Below, in pieces: positions 8,685-18,561 of a stretch of 64,000 bases of DNA (the stretch's first letter is position 1; each line of letters begins with the position of its first letter). Source of the stretch: Escherichia phage vB_EcoM_JE01. A program made the translations under genes and the position numbers. Location: the sequence record PQ471460.1. One strand, given 5' to 3'. The notes beneath the pieces were generated by a model. The model had not been told where the DNA came from. It did not search any database and was given only the letters and a program-made list of their open reading frames with translations.

Positions 8685-9713
8685 ATGTCATCAATACCTT
8701 GGATTGATAATGAGTTTGCATACCGTGCATTAGCTCATTTACCTAAATTCACACAAGTAAATAATAGTTCAACTTTTAAATTACGGTTTAGATGCCCTGT
8801 TTGTGGAGATTCAAAAACCGACCAAAATAAAGCCCGTGGATGGTATTATGGCGATAATAATGAAGGAAATATTCATTGTTATAACTGTAACTATCATGCA
8901 CCAATCGGAATATATTTAAAGGAGTTTGAACCTGATTTATATCGTGAGTATATCTTTGAAATAAGAAAAGAAAAAGGTAAAAGTCGTCCAGTAGAAAAAC
9001 CTAAAGAACTTCCTAAACAACCCGAGAAGAAAATAATTAAATCTCTTCCGTCATGCATTAGATTAGATAAACTGGCGGAAGACCATCCAATTATAAAATA
9101 CGTAAAAGCTCGTTGTATTCCAAAGGATAAATGGAAATATCTTTGGTTTACAACTGAATGGCCTAAATTAGTTAATAGTATAGCACCAGGAACATATAAA
9201 AAGGAAATACCTGAGCCTCGTCTTGTTATTCCAATTTATAATGCTAATGGAAAAGCTGAGTCTTTTCAAGGACGTGCATTAAAGAAAGATGCTCCCCAAA
9301 AATATATCACCATCAAAGCTTATCCTGAGGCAACAAAAATTTATGGTGTTGAACGAGTTAAAGATGGTGATGTATATGTTCTAGAAGGACCTATAGATTC
9401 ACTTTTTATTGAAAATGGTATAGCTATTACGGGTGGTCAATTAGACCTAGAAATTGTTCCATTTAAAGATAGACGTGTATGGGTTTTAGATAATGAACCT
9501 CGTCACCCTGACACTATTAAACGAATGACTAAATTAGTTGATGCAGGAGAAAGGGTTATGTTTTGGGATAAATCTCCCTGGAAATCAAAAGATGTCAATG
9601 ATATGATTAGAAAGGAAGGTGCAACCCCTGAACAAATTATGGAATATATGAAAAATAATATTGCCCAAGGGCTGATGGCTAAAATGCGGCTATCTAAATA
9701 TGCTAAGATTTAA
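8685..9713 (+). CDS. 61: DNA primase gp61, 342 aa
   Basis: 342 aa; zinc-ribbon CPVCGDS...CYNCN and TOPRIM-like core. Confidence 0.9.
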   Translation: MSSIPWIDNEFAYRALAHLPKFTQVNNSSTFKLRFRCPVCGDSKTDQNKARGWYYGDNNEGNIHCYNCNYHAPIGIYLKEFEPDLYREYIFEIRKEKGKSRPVEKPKELPKQPEKKIIKSLPSCIRLDKLAEDHPIIKYVKARCIPKDKWKYLWFTTEWPKLVNSIAPGTYKKEIPEPRLVIPIYNANGKAESFQGRALKKDAPQKYITIKAYPEATKIYGVERVKDGDVYVLEGPIDSLFIENGIAITGGQLDLEIVPFKDRRVWVLDNEPRHPDTIKRMTKLVDAGERVMFWDKSPWKSKDVNDMIRKEGATPEQIMEYMKNNIAQGLMAKMRLSKYAKI

Positions 9714-9910
9714 ATTAACCCAACCAAAGCAAATGCTAAATCTACGAATGTATCAAGAGTAATTACTGGAATACTAACGCCATGAGCAATAGCAACTGGC
9801 GATAAAACAAAATTCCAAAGTAAAATTCCTATCATAGCAGAAATAGTAAAAGCTATACGTTTTTTATTACCTTTGATGGCATTAACAAGTGCCATTAATT
9901 TTTGTACCAT
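9710..9910 (-). CDS. Hypothetical small membrane protein (66 aa), antisense to the early gene block
   Basis: Strong RBS AGGAGG 4 nt before ATG on minus strand; two hydrophobic segments. Confidence 0.45.
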   Translation of the reverse strand: MVQKLMALVNAIKGNKKRIAFTISAMIGILLWNFVLSPVAIAHGVSIPVITLDTFVDLAFALVGLI

Positions 9911-9920
9911 ATGTCCTCCT

Positions 9921-9947
9921 TATTGCTTTATATATTTATTGTATAAT
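9921..9947 (+). promoter_or_regulatory. MotA-dependent middle promoter candidate upstream of HNH gene
   Basis: Perfect MotA box tatTGCTTTA (TGCTT 9924-9928), 13 nt gap, TATAAT 9942-9947. Confidence 0.5.
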
Positions 9948-9980
9948 TAATCTACTAACCCATGAATTGAAAGGATATAT

Positions 9981-10631
9981 GTGAATTACCAAAAAATTTA
10001 CTCGGCTTTAATTACAAAAGCTAAATGCCGGCATCTTGGTGGATATAAAGAACGCCATCATATAATTCCTAGATGTATGGGAGGAGCAGATGACAAAAAC
10101 AATCTTGTTGAGTTAACTGCGCGTGAGCATTTTATAGCTCATAGATTATTAACCAAAATATATCCAGATGTGAGAGGATTGCATTATGCTGTAAATTTAA
10201 TGCGATATAATAAAGGTGTTAAATTAACAAGTAGATTAATAGAAACCCTTAAAATTCAAAACTCTGTTCTTTTCTCGGGTGAAAATAATCCTAGATATGG
10301 CAAGCCGTCATGGATTAAAGGCAAAAAGACCCCAGAAGAAACTAAAGCCAAAATGCGTCTAGCTCATAAAGGTAAAATTATATCCGATGAAGCCAAGGCT
10401 AATATGAGTAAAGCCCGAAAAGGAAGATTTAGCGGTAAAAATTCACCTCGATATTGTTTACCGAATCCAAGACGTGGTGAGATATGGAATTCGTATGATT
10501 CGCTTTACGAGTTGTGGGTTTATAATAATAGACCTAAGCGCACAAAATTTAATAAAATAGCTGTCAAGGCAGGTTATCCTAATATCTGCTATAGACATAT
10601 GATAGAAAACTTCATAAGAAAGGAAAAATAA
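9981..10631 (+). CDS. HNH homing endonuclease (216 aa, GTG start)
   Basis: HNH motif ERHHIIPRCMGGADDKNNLVELTAREHFIAH plus NUMOD-like repeats (ENNPRYGKP, KAKMRLAHKGK, KANMSKARKG). Confidence 0.7.
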   Translation: MNYQKIYSALITKAKCRHLGGYKERHHIIPRCMGGADDKNNLVELTAREHFIAHRLLTKIYPDVRGLHYAVNLMRYNKGVKLTSRLIETLKIQNSVLFSGENNPRYGKPSWIKGKKTPEETKAKMRLAHKGKIISDEAKANMSKARKGRFSGKNSPRYCLPNPRRGEIWNSYDSLYELWVYNNRPKRTKFNKIAVKAGYPNICYRHMIENFIRKEK

Positions 10632-10632
10632 C

Positions 10633-11151
10633 ATGCCACATTTCAACGAATGTAGTCATCTGATCGAAGGCGCTGATAAAGCTCAAAATGAATACTGGGA
10701 TATTCTCGGTGACGAAAAAGACCCGCTGCAAGTTATGCTTGATATGCAGAAATCTCTGCAAGTTCGTTTAGCTAAAGATAAACCTGAATATAATCGTCAT
10801 CCTGATGATTTGGCTACTGCTGGTGAAGTTGTTGATTGGCTGCGTAATCAGAAAGATTATATTGACGATGAATTCCGTGAACTTCTGACATCTCTTGGTG
10901 GTATGAGCAATGGCGAAAAAGATGCATCTGCTGTATGGAAGCCTTGGAAAGCTCAACATGGTGAACGCCGTGAAACTCTAATTACCGATTTGTCTCCGCA
11001 AGACCAGTTGGAAATTAAATTCGAAATGATTGATATTCTTCATTTCGTTCTGAACATGTTCCAAGGTCTTGGTCTTACAGCTGAAGAAATCTTTAAACTT
11101 TATTATCTGAAAAATGCTGAAAACTTCGCTCGTCAAGACCGAGGTTATTAA
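10633..11151 (+). CDS. 56: dCTPase / dCTP pyrophosphatase gp56 (172 aa)
   Basis: MazG-like protein of T4 gp56 length, upstream of soc. Confidence 0.85.
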   Translation: MPHFNECSHLIEGADKAQNEYWDILGDEKDPLQVMLDMQKSLQVRLAKDKPEYNRHPDDLATAGEVVDWLRNQKDYIDDEFRELLTSLGGMSNGEKDASAVWKPWKAQHGERRETLITDLSPQDQLEIKFEMIDILHFVLNMFQGLGLTAEEIFKLYYLKNAENFARQDRGY

Positions 11152-11184
11152 TATAAACGACAGCTTAAAAGCCGTGAGAATTAT

Positions 11185-11192
11185 TATAAATA
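11185..11192 (+). promoter_or_regulatory. Late promoter TATAAATA for soc
   Basis: Exact TATAAATA 31 nt upstream of soc ATG. Confidence 0.6.
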
Positions 11193-11222
11193 ATCATGTA
11201 ATTTAAATAAAAGGAGAATTAC

Positions 11223-11468
11223 ATGGCTAGTACTCGCGGTTATGTTAATATCAAAACATTTGAGCAGAAATTAGATGGAAATAAGAAAATTGAAGGAAAG
11301 GAAATTTCAGTAGCTTTCCCTCTTTATTCTGACGTTCACAAAATTTCTGGCGCTCATTACCAGACATTCCCTTCAGAAAAAGCAGCATATACTACTGTAT
11401 ATGAAGAAAATCAACGTGATGCATGGATTGCTGCAAACGAAGATTTGTGGAAAGTAACTGGTGAATAA
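11223..11468 (+). CDS. soc: Small outer capsid protein Soc (81 aa)
   Basis: Near-identical to T4 Soc as I recall it (MASTRGYVNIKTFEQKLDGNKK...). Confidence 0.9.
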   Translation: MASTRGYVNIKTFEQKLDGNKKIEGKEISVAFPLYSDVHKISGAHYQTFPSEKAAYTTVYEENQRDAWIAANEDLWKVTGE

Positions 11469-11474
11469 ATTCAA

Positions 11475-11498
11475 GGACTCCTTCGGGAGTCCTTTTTT
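11475..11498 (+). terminator. Intrinsic terminator after soc
   Basis: GGACTCC-TTCG-GGAGTCC hairpin followed by TTTTTT. Confidence 0.7.
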
Positions 11499-11508
11499 CA
11501 TTTTACCG

Positions 11509-11538
11509 GTTTACTTTCCAAAACAAGTATGGTATAAT
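11509..11538 (+). promoter_or_regulatory. T4-type early promoter
   Basis: GTTTAC 11509-11514, 18-bp spacer, TGgTATAAT (TATAAT 11533-11538). Confidence 0.65.
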
Positions 11539-11564
11539 AAAATTATCTTATAGAGGAGAGCACC

Positions 11565-11771
11565 ATGTTAAATCGTTGGATTAAACCAAATGAAGATTTA
11601 GATATTATCATTTCACGGCATGTAATGAAGAAATATGAACTACAACCATGGTCTACAGAAGTTGTTGTGCATTCATTTATGATGTACGCAGATGGTTCTG
11701 TCGAATTTAATGCAGAGATTCGATATGATTATGGTGAGAAGCAAGTTGAATTCAAGAGAGGCTTTTTGTAA
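11565..11771 (+). CDS. Hypothetical protein (68 aa)
   Basis: ORF with GGAG RBS downstream of early promoter. Confidence 0.45.
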   Translation: MLNRWIKPNEDLDIIISRHVMKKYELQPWSTEVVVHSFMMYADGSVEFNAEIRYDYGEKQVEFKRGFL

Positions 11772-12112
11772 TGTTTATCTTTAATTGGTTTAAAAATTTC
11801 TTTACGGATTTTTTCTTTACAGCTCCTGGAGAAGGTGTAGTTCCTATTTCAAATGACTACCTTCCTTTAACTGTAGTTGAATATGTTTATATGGGAGATG
11901 GAACAGTAGAAGCAGTTACTATGACTTATGAAGAAGCCCAGGAATATTATAAAAATCCTTGGCGCTGGTCAACACCTACTACATCATCTAATACACAGAA
12001 TACACAGTCTAATTCTGATTCATATGATACTAATGTTCCTGTTCATGTATGGACGGGCGATTCATGTGGAAGTTCTTGTGATTCTAGTTGTTCATCTACA
12101 TCTTGCGATTGA
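11771..12112 (+). CDS. Hypothetical protein with Cys/Ser-rich C-terminal tail (113 aa)
   Basis: ORF ATGA-coupled to upstream ORF; C-terminus [18 protein letters not shown]. Confidence 0.4.
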   Translation: MFIFNWFKNFFTDFFFTAPGEGVVPISNDYLPLTVVEYVYMGDGTVEAVTMTYEEAQEYYKNPWRWSTPTTSSNTQNTQSNSDSYDTNVPVHVWTGDSCGSSCDSSCSSTSCD

Positions 12113-12120
12113 GGAAAATT

Positions 12121-12606
12121 ATGGAAGCGATTTTGTTTGAAATGTATATTAGCAGTAATAGCATGTCGTTTGCTAAAGATGTTCCAATTACAGTAGCAGT
12201 AATGATTGATAAAAGATATGATAATAGCATGTATCTAGTAGAAGATTTTATTTCAATGCCAGTTCCAGAAGATGTTGAAATAAAACTTAAAAAGATCGGA
12301 ATTATTGAAACTGTACGAAATTCTCCATTTATGTCAATTCAAGCATTTACTAAATCTAACTATATTGATGTTGCTGAAGCATATTATAACAATAAACCGT
12401 TGCCATTATATTCATATGATTCAATATATGACTGGAAAGTAGATAAGGGAAATAAATTTATAATTACGGAAGAAAATGCGCTATCATATTTTATTACCTC
12501 TTTATGGAATAATTTAAATCCAAATTTGCTAAAAATTCATAAATTCGATGATGCTCCTACTGTTGTTTTAGGTAAAATAAATGAAAGTTCTGAAGAAAAT
12601 GTTTGA
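12121..12606 (+). CDS. Hypothetical protein (161 aa)
   Basis: ATG 12121 with GAGGAAAA RBS; frame of ORF 12088..12606. Confidence 0.45.
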   Translation: MEAILFEMYISSNSMSFAKDVPITVAVMIDKRYDNSMYLVEDFISMPVPEDVEIKLKKIGIIETVRNSPFMSIQAFTKSNYIDVAEAYYNNKPLPLYSYDSIYDWKVDKGNKFIITEENALSYFITSLWNNLNPNLLKIHKFDDAPTVVLGKINESSEENV

Positions 12607-12784
12607 ATGGTTCAATAGACCAAACTCAATGTACATTGATGATGGTTGGGTTGAACAAGCAAATAAAGAAATGCAGAACGAATCAGAAGAATGGATGAAA
12701 TCAATGATTAATGCTGAGAAAGAAAAGAAATTAGAACGCTCAGCGCTTAAATTGATGAGAGACATCTATGGGGATAAATCATGA
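12581..12784 (+). CDS. Hypothetical protein (67 aa)
   Basis: ORF overlapping neighbours, translational-coupling arrangement. Confidence 0.3.
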   Translation: MKVLKKMFEWFNRPNSMYIDDGWVEQANKEMQNESEEWMKSMINAEKEKKLERSALKLMRDIYGDKS

Positions 12785-12945
12785 ACAGAGATATGACGCT
12801 AGAAGAGGCCAAGGCTAAAGCAAATGAAGCATTGGATTTGCTTCTTAAAATTGGCAGTAAAATGATGGAAGAGAATGAAAAATATATCCAGGAAAACAAA
12901 ATTCCTGACGGCCCATTAGTAGGCAAAAGGAAATCACATGATTGA
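12781..12945 (+). CDS. Hypothetical protein (54 aa)
   Basis: ATGA overlap with preceding ORF; below ORF-track cutoff. Confidence 0.3.
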   Translation: MNRDMTLEEAKAKANEALDLLLKIGSKMMEENEKYIQENKIPDGPLVGKRKSHD

Positions 12946-13408
12946 AGTAGCAAAACATTATTCAATAGAATTTATGTCTAAAGAAGGTAAATCAGTAAAT
13001 ACGCTTGATAAAAAGTGCTCATTAATTATTCCTTTAGCAGAAAATCCGGATCTTTTAATTAAAGATATAAAAGAAAGAAAATACCCAGAAAATGTTATCC
13101 TAATTATAAAGCATACTGAAGATATTTTGCAGAATACTGATTCACCATTTTCTTCTTCTGAAGCTTTAACTATTAAAGGATATAAAAGAGCTCATGAATA
13201 TGGTCTTTTTGACCTGTTTGAAGATGATAACGTTAAATTAGCGAGTCAACCTTCTAAAAGTAAAACATTCATTATTGAAGATATTAAAGACATAAATGCA
13301 TTTGTTAAGATGGTCTGGGCTCATTTTGATGTTGGACTACGCTGGAGAATGTCCGAAGAAGAAAGAAAGATCATTGAAGCTAATCGTTATTTTGGTTTTT
13401 ATCGCTAG
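12938..13408 (+). CDS. Hypothetical protein (156 aa)
   Basis: ORF in the soc-modB interval. Confidence 0.45.
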   Translation: MIEVAKHYSIEFMSKEGKSVNTLDKKCSLIIPLAENPDLLIKDIKERKYPENVILIIKHTEDILQNTDSPFSSSEALTIKGYKRAHEYGLFDLFEDDNVKLASQPSKSKTFIIEDIKDINAFVKMVWAHFDVGLRWRMSEEERKIIEANRYFGFYR

Positions 13409-13416
13409 GAATTAAT

Positions 13417-13599
13417 ATGGATTTATTTGAGATGTTAGAAGATAATCATTCTACGAATATCCAGAATGATTCTAGTGATTATAAGAAAGAGTACCGTATA
13501 GTATTACAGAATTATGGAATTGAAGCCCCAGATGCTCTTCTAGAAGAACTAGCTTCATACCATCTTGACCCTCCGCCCTGGGCTCCCTGGGCAAAATAA
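13417..13599 (+). CDS. Hypothetical protein (60 aa)
   Basis: ORF; C-terminus encoded by unusual GC-rich tandem CCCTGGGC repeat. Confidence 0.35.
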   Translation: MDLFEMLEDNHSTNIQNDSSDYKKEYRIVLQNYGIEAPDALLEELASYHLDPPPWAPWAK

Positions 13600-13610
13600 T
13601 TCAAAAAGTT

Positions 13611-13640
13611 GTTTACTTTCCTTCCTAACAATGATATGAT
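13611..13640 (+). promoter_or_regulatory. T4-type early promoter
   Basis: GTTTAC 13611-13616, 18-bp spacer, TATGAT 13635-13640. Confidence 0.55.
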
Positions 13641-13666
13641 AGCTTCTGAAGTATATGGAGGCTATC

Positions 13667-14290
13667 ATGATTATTAATCTTGCAGATGTTGAACAGTTAT
13701 CTATAAAAGCTGAAAGCGTTGATTTTCAACATGATATGTATAAAAAGGTCTGTGAAAAATTTACTGACTTTGAACAATCAGTTCTTTGGCAATGTATGGA
13801 AGCCAAAAAGAATGAAGCTCTTCATCGGCAGTTGAATAAAATCATTAAAAAGCATTTAACTGAATCACCTTATCAGTTATATCGTGGTATATCAAAATCG
13901 ACAAAAGAACTCATTAAAGATTTACAAGTCGGAGAAGTGTTTTCAACGAACAGAGTAGATTCATTTACTACTAGTTTGCACACAGCGTGTTCTTTTTCTT
14001 ATGCTGAATATTTCACTGAAATAATATTTCGCTTAAAAACTGATAAAGCTTTTAATTATTCTGACCATATCAGCGATATTATACTTTCTTCTCCTAATAC
14101 TGAGTTTAAGTATACATATGAAGATACTGATGGATTAGATTCAGAACGTACTGATAACTTAATGATGATTGTACGTGAACAAGAATGGATGATTCCAATT
14201 GGAAAGTATAAAATAACTTCTATTTCAAAAGAAAAATTACACGATTCATTTGGAACATTTAAAGTGTATGATATTGAGGTAGTTGAATGA
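13667..14290 (+). CDS. modB: ADP-ribosyltransferase ModB (207 aa)
   Basis: ART motifs: YRG, STS-like FTTSL, EQEWMIP; GGAGG RBS before ATG 13667; order modB->modA as in T4. Confidence 0.7.
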   Translation: MIINLADVEQLSIKAESVDFQHDMYKKVCEKFTDFEQSVLWQCMEAKKNEALHRQLNKIIKKHLTESPYQLYRGISKSTKELIKDLQVGEVFSTNRVDSFTTSLHTACSFSYAEYFTEIIFRLKTDKAFNYSDHISDIILSSPNTEFKYTYEDTDGLDSERTDNLMMIVREQEWMIPIGKYKITSISKEKLHDSFGTFKVYDIEVVE

Positions 14291-14889
14291 AATATTCAGC
14301 AATGCAATTAAAAGATTTTAAAATCAAATCAATGGATGCATCGGTGCGTGCTTCTATTCGTGAAGAATTACTTTCTGAAGGATTTAATTTATCTGAAATT
14401 GAACTTTTAATTCATTGTATTACTAATAAGCCAGACGACCACTCTTGGTTAAATGAAATAATCAAATCTCGTTTGGTTCCAAACGATAAACCTCTTTGGA
14501 GAGGTGTTCCAGTTGAGACTAAGCAAGTGTTAAATCAAGGAATTGATATTATTACATTTGATAAAGTAGTATCAGCTTCATATGATAAAAATATAGCTCT
14601 ACATTTTGCTTCTGGATTAGAATACAATACACAAGTTATTTTTGAATTCAAAGCTCCTATGGTATTTAATTTTCAGGAGTATGCTATAAAAGCTCTACGT
14701 TGTAAAGAATATAGTCCAAGTTTTAAGTTTCCAGATAGCCATCGCTATCGTAATATGGAATTAGTTTCAGATGAACAAGAAGTAATGATACCAGCTGGAA
14801 GTGTATTTAGAATTGCGGATAGATACGAGTATAAAAAGTATTCAACATACACTATCTATACTCTTGACTTTGAAGGATTTAATCTATAA
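14287..14889 (+). CDS. modA: ADP-ribosyltransferase ModA (200 aa)
   Basis: ART motifs LWRG, SAS, EQEVMIP; paralog of adjacent modB; 200 aa as T4 ModA. Confidence 0.7.
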   Translation: MKYSAMQLKDFKIKSMDASVRASIREELLSEGFNLSEIELLIHCITNKPDDHSWLNEIIKSRLVPNDKPLWRGVPVETKQVLNQGIDIITFDKVVSASYDKNIALHFASGLEYNTQVIFEFKAPMVFNFQEYAIKALRCKEYSPSFKFPDSHRYRNMELVSDEQEVMIPAGSVFRIADRYEYKKYSTYTIYTLDFEGFNL

Positions 14890-14945
14890 TGGAAGGACTT
14901 AGATTCATTATACCATGAAAGTTTTAAAGCATTTTTCATAAAGTT

Positions 14946-14975
14946 GTTTACAAGCTGAAGTAAAAATGTTATAGT
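14946..14975 (+). promoter_or_regulatory. T4-type early promoter
   Basis: GTTTAC 14946-14951, 18-bp spacer, TATAGT 14970-14975. Confidence 0.55.
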
Positions 14976-15004
14976 ATAAGTAGTTAACCGTCCGTGAGAA
15001 AAAT

Positions 15005-15751
15005 ATGAAACTGTCTAAAAATCAAATTCGTAAAATTACACGTCGTCTAGAGCATACTCAGGCATCTGCTAAAAGACGTTCTAAAGATTTTAACTTAGAC
15101 TTCAATTACATTAAGAACATTTTAGATCAGAAAGTTTGCGCTTACTCGGGAGAACCTTTTGATAATCATATTGAAGGAGAGAAATTATCATTAGAACGTT
15201 TTGATAATAACGTTGGATACATTAAAGGGAATGTTATTGCAGTAAAGAAAAAGTATAATACATTTCGTTCTGATTATACTTTAGAAGAGTTGATTGAAAA
15301 GCGTGATTTATTTGCTTTGCGAATTGGTCGTTCATCTGCGAAAAAAGTTCATAAACTAAATTTAGATGAAAAGAAATGGGCTAAAATCAAAAAGACTTAT
15401 AATCAAATTAAAGCTATACAGAAAAAACGCGAAAACCGAATTGAGCACATTTCTCAGCTTTCTAAATCAAAACAAACCTCTGACGTTAAGCTAACGATTA
15501 TAGCACTTAAAGCTCGTATTGATGGTTCTCGTATAGCAGAAGGCGCTGAAGTTGTTAAACTAAACGTTCTTCTTAAAGGCTCGGATTGGAAAACTGTGAA
15601 AAAATTGTCAGAAGCAGAAATGCAATATGATATGTGTGATAAAATTATTCAAGGTGTAGAGCGGTATCAAAACTTGTCTTTTATTGATAAACTTAAACTG
15701 AAAAGAGGATACCCGCTAAATTGTTCAATTTTTAAACTTATCCGAGGATAA
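15005..15751 (+). CDS. Hypothetical early protein (248 aa), in the srd position
   Basis: ORF between modA and dda; lysine-rich; identity to T4 srd not verifiable from memory. Confidence 0.4.
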   Translation: MKLSKNQIRKITRRLEHTQASAKRRSKDFNLDFNYIKNILDQKVCAYSGEPFDNHIEGEKLSLERFDNNVGYIKGNVIAVKKKYNTFRSDYTLEELIEKRDLFALRIGRSSAKKVHKLNLDEKKWAKIKKTYNQIKAIQKKRENRIEHISQLSKSKQTSDVKLTIIALKARIDGSRIAEGAEVVKLNVLLKGSDWKTVKKLSEAEMQYDMCDKIIQGVERYQNLSFIDKLKLKRGYPLNCSIFKLIRG

Positions 15752-15752
15752 T

Positions 15753-16064
15753 ATGTTTTATGTATATGCGATAGTGTATAGAGATAAAGATGGATTTGCG
15801 GTGCCTGTTCCGCTTGATGAACATCGTCCTGCTGTATTTTTTGAAAGGGAGATTGCTGATAAAGTATTTACTACTCTTAAAGAGCAGTATCAACTAGCTT
15901 TAGGTATGGGAATTCCGAGATTAGTTGAGACTCCACGCAAGTTTTGGTTTAATAAAATAGAAGTTAAACACGTTAAGCCTGATGTAGACACACAAAGATT
16001 ATATCGGCGAATTTTAGATACTGGGCGTATTGTTAGTATACCAATTGCAGGGAATTTACGATGA
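15753..16064 (+). CDS. Hypothetical protein (103 aa)
   Basis: ORF tightly coupled to dda start. Confidence 0.4.
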   Translation: MFYVYAIVYRDKDGFAVPVPLDEHRPAVFFEREIADKVFTTLKEQYQLALGMGIPRLVETPRKFWFNKIEVKHVKPDVDTQRLYRRILDTGRIVSIPIAGNLR

Positions 16065-17380
16065 CATTTGATGATTTGACCGAAGGCCAGAAAAATGCCT
16101 TTAACATCGTTATGAGGGCTATTAAAGAAAAGAAACATCATGTAACTATTAATGGACCTGCTGGTACTGGTAAGACTACTCTTACTAAGTTCATCATTGA
16201 AGCTTTAATATCTACGGGCGAAACTGGAATTATTTTAGCAGCTCCTACACATGCAGCTAAAAAGATTCTTTCAAAACTATCAGGGAAAGAAGCGAGTACT
16301 ATTCACAGTATTCTTAAAATTAACCCAGTAACATACGAAGAAAACGTTCTTTTTGAACAAAAAGAAGTACCGGATTTAGCTAAATGCAGAGTATTAATCT
16401 GCGACGAAGTATCAATGTATGATAGAAAGCTATTTAAAATTCTGCTTTCAACTATTCCACCTTGGTGTACTATAATTGGAATAGGCGATAATAAGCAAAT
16501 TAGACCTGTTGACCCAGGAGAAAACATTGCTTATATCAGTCCATTCTTTACGCACAAAGATTTTTATCAATGTGAACTCACTGAAGTTAAACGCAGTAAT
16601 GCTCCTATTATTGATGTAGCTACTGATGTTCGCAACGGTAAGTGGATTTATGATAAAATTGTTGACGGGCATGGAGTACGTGGATTTACTGGTGATACCG
16701 CTTTACGCGATTTTATGGTAAATTATTTTTCAATCGTCAAATCGCTAGATGATTTGTTTGAAAATCGCGTAATGGCATTTACGAATAAATCTGTTGATAA
16801 GTTAAATAGCATTATTCGCAAAAAGATTTTTGAAACTGATAAAGATTTTATCGTTGGTGAAATTATTGTAATGCAGGAACCATTAATTAAAACATATAAA
16901 ATTGATGGAAAGCCTGTGTCAGAAATTATTTTTAATAATGGACAATTAGTTCGTATTATAGAAGCAGAGTATACATCAACATTTGTTAAAGCTCGTGGTG
17001 TTTCTGGAGAATATCTAATTCGTCATTGGGATTTAACAGTAGAAACTTACGGCGATGATGAATATTATCGTGAAAAGATTAAAATAATTTCATCTGATGA
17101 AGAGCTGTATAAGTTTAACCTATTTTTAGGTAAAACGGCAGAAACGTATAAAAATTGGAATAAAGGTGGAAAAGCTCCGTGGAGTGATTTTTGGGATGCT
17201 AAATCACAGTTTAGTAAAGTGAAAGCACTTCCTGCATCAACATTTCACAAAGCTCAGGGCATGTCTGTAGACCGTGCTTTCATCTATACACCTTGTATTC
17301 ATTATGCAGATGCTGAATTGGCTCAGCAGCTTCTTTATGTTGGTGTCACTCGTGGTCGTTATGATGTGTTTTATGTGTGA
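16061..17380 (+). CDS. dda: Dda DNA helicase (SF1B), 439 aa
   Basis: Walker A GPAGTGKT; near-identical to T4 Dda as I recall it; 439 aa. Confidence 0.9.
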   Translation: MTFDDLTEGQKNAFNIVMRAIKEKKHHVTINGPAGTGKTTLTKFIIEALISTGETGIILAAPTHAAKKILSKLSGKEASTIHSILKINPVTYEENVLFEQKEVPDLAKCRVLICDEVSMYDRKLFKILLSTIPPWCTIIGIGDNKQIRPVDPGENIAYISPFFTHKDFYQCELTEVKRSNAPIIDVATDVRNGKWIYDKIVDGHGVRGFTGDTALRDFMVNYFSIVKSLDDLFENRVMAFTNKSVDKLNSIIRKKIFETDKDFIVGEIIVMQEPLIKTYKIDGKPVSEIIFNNGQLVRIIEAEYTSTFVKARGVSGEYLIRHWDLTVETYGDDEYYREKIKIISSDEELYKFNLFLGKTAETYKNWNKGGKAPWSDFWDAKSQFSKVKALPASTFHKAQGMSVDRAFIYTPCIHYADAELAQQLLYVGVTRGRYDVFYV

Positions 17381-17386
17381 GGATAT

Positions 17387-17647
17387 ATGATTAACATCAA
17401 TTCAAAATATTTAAATCGTCTAATAGATGGTATAAAGAAGCATACTGATAAGCAAGATAACCTCAGTGTTATGATAACAGGAGCTGAGCTCCTTTATAAG
17501 CTTAATCTTATAAGTGATACTATACTAGCAATTAAACGAATTGAAAAACAATCATATCATAGTAATACAGACACGGTAATTACGCTAGATGAAAGTGTCT
17601 GTAAGCTGCTGATTAAATTTGAGGAAGCTATTCGTGGAAATAACTAA
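17387..17647 (+). CDS. Hypothetical protein (86 aa)
   Basis: ORF. Confidence 0.35.
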   Translation: MININSKYLNRLIDGIKKHTDKQDNLSVMITGAELLYKLNLISDTILAIKRIEKQSYHSNTDTVITLDESVCKLLIKFEEAIRGNN

Positions 17648-17879
17648 AGATCAGTTTTATCTTCTTCAAGATAAAGTAAGCGAAATTTATGAAATATCTT
17701 ATAGTAAAAATTATGAAACTGTAAAAATTGAGTCTAGTAAGTTAATGCTTCAATTGGAAGAAATTGAACGAGATTTGACTGCGTTAGAATTCTTTTGCGG
17801 TAGAGTGAAAACTGTCACAATCAGTGATTATATTTTAGGTGAAATTAGCCATCTTTATAAGGCGATTATTAATGTTTGA
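17619..17879 (+). CDS. Hypothetical protein (86 aa)
   Basis: ORF. Confidence 0.35.
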   Translation: MRKLFVEITKDQFYLLQDKVSEIYEISYSKNYETVKIESSKLMLQLEEIERDLTALEFFCGRVKTVTISDYILGEISHLYKAIINV

Positions 17880-18555
17880 TTTTATTATAGATTTTGAAAC
17901 AATGGGAAGCGGTGAAAAGGCAGCTGTTATTGATTTGGCTGTTATTGCCTTTGACCCTAATCCAGAAGTAGTTGAAACATTTGATGAATTAGTTTCACGT
18001 GGCATTAAAATCAAATTTGATTTAAAAAGTCAAAAAGGACATCGTCTTTTTACTAAAAGCACTATCGAATGGTGGAAAAATCAATCTCCTGAAGCTCGAA
18101 AAAATATTGCGCCATCAGATGAAGATGTAAGCACTATCGATGGTATTGCAAAATTTAATGATTACATCAATGCGCATAATATCGATCCTTGGAAATCTCA
18201 GGGCTGGTGCCGTGGAATGTCGTTTGATTTTCCAATTTTAGTTGATCTCATTCGCGATATTCAACGTCTTAACGGCGTTTCCGAGAATGAGCTTGACACA
18301 TTTAAGTTAGAACCTTGTAAATTCTGGAATCAGCGTGATATTCGTACCAGAATTGAAGCACTTCTGCTTGTTCGTGATATGACCACGTGTCCTCTTCCAA
18401 AAGGAACTTTAGATGGATTCGTTGCACATGATTCTATTCATGACTGTGCGAAAGACATCCTGATGATGAAGTATGCTTTGCGATATGCTATGGGTCTTGA
18501 AGACGCTCCGTCAGAGGAAGAGTGCGATCCTCTATCTCTTCCAACAAAACGATAA
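17872..18555 (+). CDS. dexA: Exonuclease A DexA (DEDD family), 227 aa
   Basis: ATG 17872; N-terminal FIIDFETMG exonuclease motif; 227 aa as T4 DexA. Confidence 0.8.
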   Translation: MFDFIIDFETMGSGEKAAVIDLAVIAFDPNPEVVETFDELVSRGIKIKFDLKSQKGHRLFTKSTIEWWKNQSPEARKNIAPSDEDVSTIDGIAKFNDYINAHNIDPWKSQGWCRGMSFDFPILVDLIRDIQRLNGVSENELDTFKLEPCKFWNQRDIRTRIEALLLVRDMTTCPLPKGTLDGFVAHDSIHDCAKDILMMKYALRYAMGLEDAPSEEECDPLSLPTKR

Positions 18556-18561
18556 AAAGTT

